From a virus (taxonomy: Duplodnaviria > Caudoviricetes): a stretch of 50,280 nucleotides of DNA. Positions 9,747 through 16,500 of the stretch are shown piece after piece. The notes under the pieces are model-generated. The model saw only the letters and a list, made by a program, of their open reading frames with translations, was not told the DNA's origin and did no database searches. A program made the translations under genes and the position numbers. The DNA lies in the IMG/VR virus record IMGVR_UViG_3300017903_002974, positions 1 through 50,280 of that record; one strand, 5' to 3'. The first letter of the stretch is position 1; the number at the start of each line of letters is the position of its first letter.

Positions 9747-10946
9747 ATGCCAGACTCAGTAAACCAACCACCATCAGAAGAAACCCAAAGTAAAGTTGCT
9801 GGGGGATTTAATTATGACCCAGCTTTAGCTGAAAACTATTGGGCAGAAGGTCCCACCCCAGATTTTTCACAAGTCATCGGTGGATTTAATTTAACATCGT
9901 ATAGTTTCTCGGATGGTAGTCAAGGTCTAGCACTTTACAATGGTAAAGTTGCTTTACACTTTGATAACAATAATAATATCACATTAGCTGCTGGACCACC
10001 AGGACAGTCTGGTTGTGGTGGAAAAATGATTACCAATGTTCAACAACAATTAACAAAGGCAAAGTCAGTTGTTGTTGAAGTAACTGGACGAGATGATGGT
10101 GGTGTTGTTGATAAGAAAGCAGATGAAAATGGTAATGTAGACGAGTCATCTCTTCCATCATATTCATTAAAAGTTTATGGTCCTGTAATGATTGAGGCAT
10201 TGGGTGGAGATGTTGCTATTAAAGGTGATAACGTAACCATCAATTCTGGTAGCACATTAAACTTACGATCGAATAAAGACATCAACATTTCGGCAGGAGA
10301 AAATGGAGGAAAGATAAACCTTACAGGATCTTCTGTCAATATGGAAGCCGCCTTTTTTAACAAAAATTTAAGTGGTGGTGATTATACTAGTGGCGCTGGT
10401 GAAGTGAAAGTTGATCAAAATAAACCAGGATCAACTGTTAGCGTTAACACGCCAGGTAGTGTGAGATATGTTGTTAATGGTTCATATAGTTTAGGTGTAA
10501 AGGGAGAATTCAAGACAGATGTTACTGGCAATTATATCTTAAATGTTGATAGAGATTATGGTGCTAAAATTTTGGGTGACTATGCCAATGTAGTACAAGG
10601 AAAGGGACTTACAAAAATCAATGGCATTGGTTCAAGATCATCTCAGATGCAGAATTATCTTATCGATGTTCTTCCCAATAGTAAAAAACAGATCCCTGGG
10701 TTTGAAATAAATTCGAGCAGTCTATTGAAATTCACAAATAGAGAGGGTGGATTTAAATTTGAAGTTGGTAAGAATCTTGCTTCAATGGCTCTCGAACAAT
10801 CTAAATTTAGTGTCGAGACGGGTCCTAAATTGGGTGCTATAAATATCGACAGCAAATCAGCAACATTAGAGTTTGGCAAGTCTTCTAAGGTAAGTGTAAC
10901 TCCATCGGAAGTTTCTGTTGTTGCTCCTATGATTTACCTAAATTGA
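9747..10946 (+). CDS. gp5 C-terminal-like beta-helix spike protein
   Basis: Short-period beta repeats (YVVNGSYSLGVKGEFKTDVTGNYILNVDRDY..I.GDY..VQG) and the terminal APMIYLN are typical of gp5/VgrG spike ends. It directly follows gp5-N. Confidence 0.65.
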   Translation: MPDSVNQPPSEETQSKVAGGFNYDPALAENYWAEGPTPDFSQVIGGFNLTSYSFSDGSQGLALYNGKVALHFDNNNNITLAAGPPGQSGCGGKMITNVQQQLTKAKSVVVEVTGRDDGGVVDKKADENGNVDESSLPSYSLKVYGPVMIEALGGDVAIKGDNVTINSGSTLNLRSNKDINISAGENGGKINLTGSSVNMEAAFFNKNLSGGDYTSGAGEVKVDQNKPGSTVSVNTPGSVRYVVNGSYSLGVKGEFKTDVTGNYILNVDRDYGAKILGDYANVVQGKGLTKINGIGSRSSQMQNYLIDVLPNSKKQIPGFEINSSSLLKFTNREGGFKFEVGKNLASMALEQSKFSVETGPKLGAINIDSKSATLEFGKSSKVSVTPSEVSVVAPMIYLN

Positions 10947-11007
10947 AATTTCAATTCCATGAATTTGGAAAAAAATTCTCCGCTATTTTTTTGCTAAAAA
11001 AGTTGAT

Positions 11008-11613
11008 ATGATTTACGATAGACATAATATAACAGAAATTAATAATTGTAATCCCGAAGGATTTCTTTATCCTTTTTTGAAATTTATTAAAACTCCCGAA
11101 TTTATGTGGCAGTGGGGATACATACTTCCAGAAGAGGGAAAATTCAAAACGGATTTACAAGAATCTTGGAATAGACATATGTGTCGATTGCTTTATTTCA
11201 AGAAAAATCCTCTATATGGTAAAGAAGTGATTGAAAATTATATTGGTAATAGTACCCTATGTATTAATACACAAGCATTAAAACTATTGAGACCTCTTTT
11301 TAAAGAACTAGGAATTAAAAAAGGAGAGTTAGAAAAAGTCAAAATTAATTTGACACCATGTAAACCTGAAAACGCTTTTTCTGGATGGCATAACGACCCA
11401 GAAGAAAAATATTCGGGAAAAGGAATGACTGCTATTTACTATTTTAACACATGTAATGGAAAAACATTATTTAAAGAACCTTACAGAGAAGTGCCTAGCG
11501 AAAGGGGAAAAATGGTTGTATTTCCCAATGAAATGTTACATGGAGGAACATTTCAAACCGACGCCCCAGAAAGAATGGTTTTGAATATCAATTGGATACT
11601 TGACAGATCCTGA
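11008..11613 (+). CDS. 2OG-Fe(II) oxygenase
   Basis: WHND (HxD), TAIYYFN..NG.T.F, GKMVVFP..MLHGG (distal His) and RMVLNIN. Confidence 0.85.
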   Translation: MIYDRHNITEINNCNPEGFLYPFLKFIKTPEFMWQWGYILPEEGKFKTDLQESWNRHMCRLLYFKKNPLYGKEVIENYIGNSTLCINTQALKLLRPLFKELGIKKGELEKVKINLTPCKPENAFSGWHNDPEEKYSGKGMTAIYYFNTCNGKTLFKEPYREVPSERGKMVVFPNEMLHGGTFQTDAPERMVLNINWILDRS

Positions 11614-11628
11614 GAAACCCAGTACAAT
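11600..11628 (+). promoter_or_regulatory. Sigma70-type promoter for tRNA(CAT)
   Basis: TTGACA (11600-11605), 17-nt spacer, TACAAT (11623-11628). Confidence 0.8.
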
Positions 11629-11654
11629 AACTCTGTCAGGGTTCAAAAGGACAA

Positions 11655-11727
11655 GCTCCTTTAGCAATCTGGTGAATGCAGCGAACTCATAATTCGCCTA
11701 AGGTGGGTTCGATCCCCTCAAGGAGCA
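11655..11727 (+). tRNA. tRNA with CAT anticodon (Met, or Ile2 if lysidine-modified)
   Basis: Acceptor stem GCTCCTT/AAGGAGC, anticodon arm GCGAA-CTCATAA-TTCGC, T-loop GTTCGATC. One mismatch in the T-stem; CCA not encoded. Confidence 0.88.
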
Positions 11728-11756
11728 TTGACAGAAACAAAGCGTTCTGCTATAAT
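11728..11756 (+). promoter_or_regulatory. Consensus sigma70 promoter with extended -10, for tRNA-Leu(TAA)
   Basis: TTGACA (11728-11733), 17-nt spacer ending TGC, TATAAT (11751-11756). Confidence 0.85.
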
Positions 11757-11769
11757 TCTGTCATACCAA

Positions 11770-11853
11770 GGGACGGTGGTGGAATCGGTAGACACACCAG
11801 ACTTAAAATCTGTCGGGCATATGCCTGTGAGGGTTCAAGTCCCTCTCGTCCTA
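11770..11853 (+). tRNA. trnL: tRNA-Leu(TAA)
   Basis: Acceptor stem GGGACGG/TCGTCCT, D-arm GGTGGAATCGGTAGACAC, anticodon loop CTTAAAA, long variable arm, T-arm GAGGG-TTCAAGT-CCCTC. Confidence 0.93.
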
Positions 11854-11858
11854 TTCAC

Positions 11859-11866
11859 CATAAATA
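11859..11866 (+). promoter_or_regulatory. T4-type late promoter (CATAAATA) upstream of the hypothetical-cpeT pair
   Basis: Matches the NATAAATA cyanomyovirus late consensus, 19 nt before ATG 11886. Confidence 0.65.
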
Positions 11867-11885
11867 GTTATGTGTGGAAAACAAC

Positions 11886-12152
11886 ATGAAGTATACTCTT
11901 TCTCAGTCTTATTCCTTTTATCTTGGTAAAGTTGTTAGAATGTACTTCATTAATGGGATGCCTTATACATTCGACGAATTACCTTTGTTAGTTCAAGATC
12001 ATCCTGACGTACAGTCCGAGGCATTGGAAGGTAGAGATTGGGATGACGAAGAAATGTTTAGGATATCCAATTACTTGATGATGGAAGAATGCCATCCTTT
12101 AATGTATGATATTGAAGTAGATAATCCTGCTCTATTACCACAAGATGATTGA
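11886..12152 (+). CDS. Acidic hypothetical protein, translationally coupled to cpeT
   Basis: ORF MKYTLSQSY... (alternative GTG start at 11874). Overlaps the cpeT start by 8 nt. Confidence 0.7.
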   Translation: MKYTLSQSYSFYLGKVVRMYFINGMPYTFDELPLLVQDHPDVQSEALEGRDWDDEEMFRISNYLMMEECHPLMYDIEVDNPALLPQDD

Positions 12153-12669
12153 AACCTTAAATAAATGGTTAGAAGGAAAGTTTGAAAATAAAATTCAAGC
12201 ATTCTCATGGCCTTCAAAGTATGCTTACATAAGAGTCACTCATATTCCTGTGTTTGATGGATTTTTTTATGGCGAGCAAGCATACAATTATCAAGTAAAA
12301 AAACCCTATAGGCAATTTGTTCTCAAACCAACAGTAACTGATTCTGGTATTACTATTCTTAATTATGAAATTGTTGGTAAAGAACAATTTGCTGGGGTAA
12401 AAAATCTTGACAGATTAAGTCTAGACATGTTACGATTGAAAAATGGTTGTGATGTCAATCTCACATTTGATGGATCTGCTTTTGTTGGTGGGTTGACAGG
12501 ATGTGATTGTTATGTAAAATGGAGTGGTAAAGACACTTATCTACAAAATGAAATCAAACTAACCGAAACACATTATTATGTGAAAGACTTAGGATTTGAT
12601 CAAAAACTAGGACATCAAATCTGGGGATCTAGATACGGTCCTTTTGAATTTAAAAAAATGCCCCTGTAG
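12145..12669 (+). CDS. cpeT: CpeT/CpcT-family (T-type) phycobiliprotein bilin lyase
   Basis: G.FEN..QA...P..YA.I...H, FYGEQAY....KPYRQ, GCD, C.V...GK.TYL..E and D.GFD...G.QIWGS..GPFEF are the CpcT/CpeT signature motifs. Confidence 0.92.
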   Translation: MIETLNKWLEGKFENKIQAFSWPSKYAYIRVTHIPVFDGFFYGEQAYNYQVKKPYRQFVLKPTVTDSGITILNYEIVGKEQFAGVKNLDRLSLDMLRLKNGCDVNLTFDGSAFVGGLTGCDCYVKWSGKDTYLQNEIKLTETHYYVKDLGFDQKLGHQIWGSRYGPFEFKKMPL

Positions 12670-12734
12670 CTCAATGGTAGAGCAACGCTTTTGTAAAGCG
12701 TAGGTTGTCCGTTCAAATCGGATCGGGGGCTCCA
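12660..12734 (+). tRNA. trnT: tRNA-Thr(TGT)
   Basis: Acceptor stem GCCCCTG/CGGGGGC, D-arm TAGCTCAATGGTAGAGC, anticodon arm ACGCT-TTTGTAA-AGCGT, T-loop GTTCAAATC, encoded CCA at 12732-12734. Confidence 0.93.
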
Positions 12735-12817
12735 GTCGGTATGGCGGAATTGGTAGACGCGCTGGGTTTAGGTTCCAGTGTCTTTATGACGTGGAGGTTC
12801 AAGTCCTCTTACCGACA
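12735..12817 (+). tRNA. trnL: tRNA-Leu(TAG)
   Basis: Acceptor stem GTCGGTA/TACCGAC, D-arm GGCGGAATTGGTAGACGC, anticodon arm CTGGG-TTTAGGT-TCCAG, long variable arm, GGTTCAAGTCC. Confidence 0.94.
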
Positions 12818-12834
12818 TATATAAAACGAAAAAA

Positions 12835-13524
12835 ATGATATCAGTAATTGACAATTCTGTACCATTTGATATAGTTAATATAATTGGTGAAATGGTATTT
12901 GACCCAAAATTTACTTGGCAAATGCCTACAGGTGGGTTTTCCACGGTGTCATTAGATTATGACAAAGAAAAATCATTCAAAAATCAAAGAGTCATTGATT
13001 CTGCTCAATTAGTACACTCTTTGATAATTAGAGATGAAATACGGTGCCCATTATTTCACCTTTTTTCAATTTTAATTAATTATTCCCTAAAATATGAATT
13101 TGGGAAAATAAATGACGATTTTCATATTCATAGGTCAAAATTAAACTTGATGACTAGAGATCTGTTGCCAGATCCTAATAAAGACTATCATAATCCACCA
13201 CATGTAGATCCAACTTTTGCTGATGACACGGATCGACATGATATATCAATGTTATATTATGTCAATAGTTCTGATGGTGATACTTGGTTTTTCAATGATG
13301 AACTGGGTTTTGATGTAGTAAAAAAAGTTTCTCCAAAGCAAGGTAGGGTTGTTATATTTGATGCTCACCATTTTCATGCTAGTTCGCCACCAAAAAATTC
13401 TACTGCTAGGGTTGTCTTAAATGTCAATCTCACTTGTCCTTACACCTTGACTGAGGTGTATAAATACAAAGAAGAAGAAGACAAACCTAGGTTCGGCGCT
13501 AATTATGGCTCTTACAAGACTTGA
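12835..13524 (+). CDS. 2OG-Fe(II) oxygenase
   Basis: PHVD (HxD), SMLYYVNSSDGDT.FF, SPKQGRVVIFD..HFHASS.P and RVVLNVN. Confidence 0.87.
   Translation: MISVIDNSVPFDIVNIIGEMVFDPKFTWQMPTGGFSTVSLDYDKEKSFKNQRVIDSAQLVHSLIIRDEIRCPLFHLFSILINYSLKYEFGKINDDFHIHRSKLNLMTRDLLPDPNKDYHNPPHVDPTFADDTDRHDISMLYYVNSSDGDTWFFNDELGFDVVKKVSPKQGRVVIFDAHHFHASSPPKNSTARVVLNVNLTCPYTLTEVYKYKEEEDKPRFGANYGSYKT
13459..13466 (+). promoter_or_regulatory. T4 late promoter (TATAAATA) for the giant virion gene
   Basis: Perfect TATAAATA 38 nt upstream of ATG 13505, adjoining the inverted repeat TACACCT-N6-AGGTGTA (13441-13460). Confidence 0.75.
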
Positions 13525-16500
13525 TAATCTGTACTCAAGTAAGACTGGAAAATACTTATATGTATCTCCAGACGACTTTAATGCTACTGATGAACTAGAC
13601 AATAGGGGCAATAGTCCTTTACGTCCATTTAAAACTATCCAGAGAGCCTTTATTGAAGTAGCGAGATATTCATTCCTACCCGCCGAAAACGGTAGATCTA
13701 CACCAGATAGATTTGATCAATTTAGCATCATGTTGATGCCTGGTGATCACTATATTGATAATCGTCCTGGACTAAGAACTCTTACTTCTGCTGGTAATGA
13801 TAAGCAACGCTATTATAATGCAAAAGAATTAATTACAGCGAACCGTCAGGAAATTATTGACCGTGCTTTTGGTCAAATTGTCATTGATTATGATGAATCT
13901 GCCTGGGGTACAGATTGGGTAGTTCCTGGTGATGAGGTTCTTCCTAATGGATCTCCTGACCCTCTACGTAGGGGTCAGTCTGCGTATCGTTTGATCCAGA
14001 AAAACAAAGAATTTATTCAGGCAAGAGCAGTTGGTCAACTTACTATTGACTATACTGAAGGTCAAACAAACGGTCTTTTTGCTAATGATTGGGTTATTCC
14101 TGGTGACACTGCTTTAGGAATTGATACTTTTAATAGAAGAGCATCTGCTTATCGTTTGATTCTTAAGAATAAGACAGATATTGTCAATTCTTCCTGGGAA
14201 TTTATGAATTCTCAGTATCCAGAATTTACTTCCGTACAAACTAAGTGTAAGCGTGATATTGGATACTGGGTAGAGCATTTTGCTTTAGATGTTCTTTTTG
14301 GTGGCAATAAGTTCACTGATATTTTCACCAGAACTTATTTTAATGAAGAAGGAACAGCAATTCTTCAGAATGCTATTGATTTAACTAATGCCAATGAAAA
14401 GACAGCAACATTATTGGCAATGGTTCATGCCAGTAATCTTTCTGCTGGTGTTATTACTAACAGAGCTCACCCATCGGCAAGTCAAAATGTTAACGTAAGC
14501 TTACAACCCGTTGCTAATCTCTCCAATGTTGTTGATGTCAGTGGTTGGTACTATGATCCTAATATAACAGCAGATCCAACTAAGTCTAACAATTATACTG
14601 TGGATAGTTGTTCTACGATTAGAACTACTATTGATAATTTGTTCACTATTTTATATGACGCTATTGTCGCTGAAAACACTTCAACTCTGGATAGTTTACC
14701 AGAGAGCAGTTATGATGTTGGTATTGGTACATCTAAGTGCTATCGTGATGTTGGTTTCTATATCGACGGTATTTCTTTAGACATTGTACAAGGTGGTGGC
14801 AATCGTTATACTAGAAAGTATATTCAAAACTACTTCAATGCTGAGGGAAGCGGATGGGTAGATGATGGTTTACAAGGTGAAGAACTTCAATCTAAAATTG
14901 TTTTTGATCAAGCAGTTTCTTTGATGAAAGAAGCCGTATCCAATCAACTTGGATATAAAGACTTTACTCTAACTCATGATCCTGCTGGAACTGGATCTGG
15001 TACTGATTACGATCCAAATTCTTGTTCTGGTGTCAAAAATACTATTGATACCTTATCAGCACTTATTGAAACATATTTTCTTCAGGGAACACTTGATGGA
15101 TTCCCCGAAGAAACTACTTCTGATGTGGGTCCTGGAGAATCTAAGTGTAAGCGTGACCTTGGATATTTACTTGATGCTATTGCTGCTGACCTCCCCAATG
15201 GTGGTAATGGCAGTGTAATTAATTTTGTTAAAGCGTATTTTGATAAGAATGGTCTTCAAATTACTGATGGTCTCTTAGGAGAAGAAGCACAGTCGGTAAT
15301 CGCTTTCAATGCCGCTGGCAAGTATATAAAGCAAGCGATCACGAACCAACTATATTCTAAAGACCTTACTATCCTTCCTGGTCCTGCTAGATATTCTGGA
15401 TACGAAACTAACGAACCAACTGTCCCGAATTTACCATCTGGTAACTCAGCTACATGTGTCGATGTACAAGATGCTGTTGATAGTTTAATTGGTATTGTAA
15501 CCACAGTATTTACTGAAGGAAATCTAGATTCTCTATCTCAAATTCAGGTAACTGGTGACATTCCTGTATTTAATTTCAATAGAGCAATCGATGAGTGGCA
15601 AGACAACAGTATTTTAGATCTTTCTAACCCAGACAATGTTCTCTACAAATTCAATGCTCCTGATGGCGGCGCTATTGTCCCTAGAGGTTGTTCTCTTATT
15701 GGTTATGACCTTCGTCGTACCATCGTTCGTCCTCTATATGTTCCTGATCCCATTGACGGAACCCAAGAAAGAACATCAATCTTCAATCTAACTGGTGGTT
15801 GTTATCTATGGCAGTTTACCATCAAAGATGGTGATCTATCTTCTAATTCTCCTCTATTTGACAACACTGCTGGTGTTGGTAAAGTATATTATCAGAAAGG
15901 TAATAATACTGCTCTAGCAATTCCCGAGTATTCTCACCATAAGATCACTATCATGACTTATGCTGATACTACGGATCTACAAATCTATTATGATAAGGTC
16001 GCTAGAGCATTCTCCCTTTTCCAACCTACTATTGATGATGGTGATTTTGAACAATTACCTCAGGAAAATAGAATTGTTGGACCTTTGTCTGACACTAGAA
16101 GTATCACTAATTTAAGGTTAACTGGTCAAACTGCTAGTGGTCAAACTATCATTAGGGCTACTACAAAAACAGCACATGGTTATTTTACAGATCAATATGT
16201 TGCTGTTATTGATAATGGTTTAGATAGTAGATTAAACGGAACATTCAAAGTTACTAATGTATTTGAATTGGATCCCAAACAATTTGAATATATTGTTGAT
16301 GTAACGCCACAACAATTAGGACTGGATATCAATGATACTGGATATTCTATCCCCGATTTGAATGTAAGTGCTAGAGTACAGGCAGAAATTGACTCTGTTG
16401 AGTCTGCCTCTCCATATGTCTTTAACTGCTCCATCAGATCCACCTGGGGTCAGTGTGGTATGTGGGCAGATGGATCTAAGGCAACTGGATTCAAGTCGAT

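Noticed and set aside
11770-11853. Group I intron in tRNA-Leu(UAA), as found in many cyanobacteria
   Set aside because: The anticodon loop CTTAAAA is contiguous; there is no insertion.
11676-11867. 63-aa ORF in the track
   Set aside because: Overlaps two clear tRNA genes and a promoter.
14240-15160. Giant-protein repeats as intact host cpc/apc/cpe genes (host DNA contamination)
   Set aside because: They are in-frame internal domains of a phage fibre protein, with phage-like codon usage. They are highly diverged and lack the N-terminal X/Y helices of free phycobiliprotein subunits.
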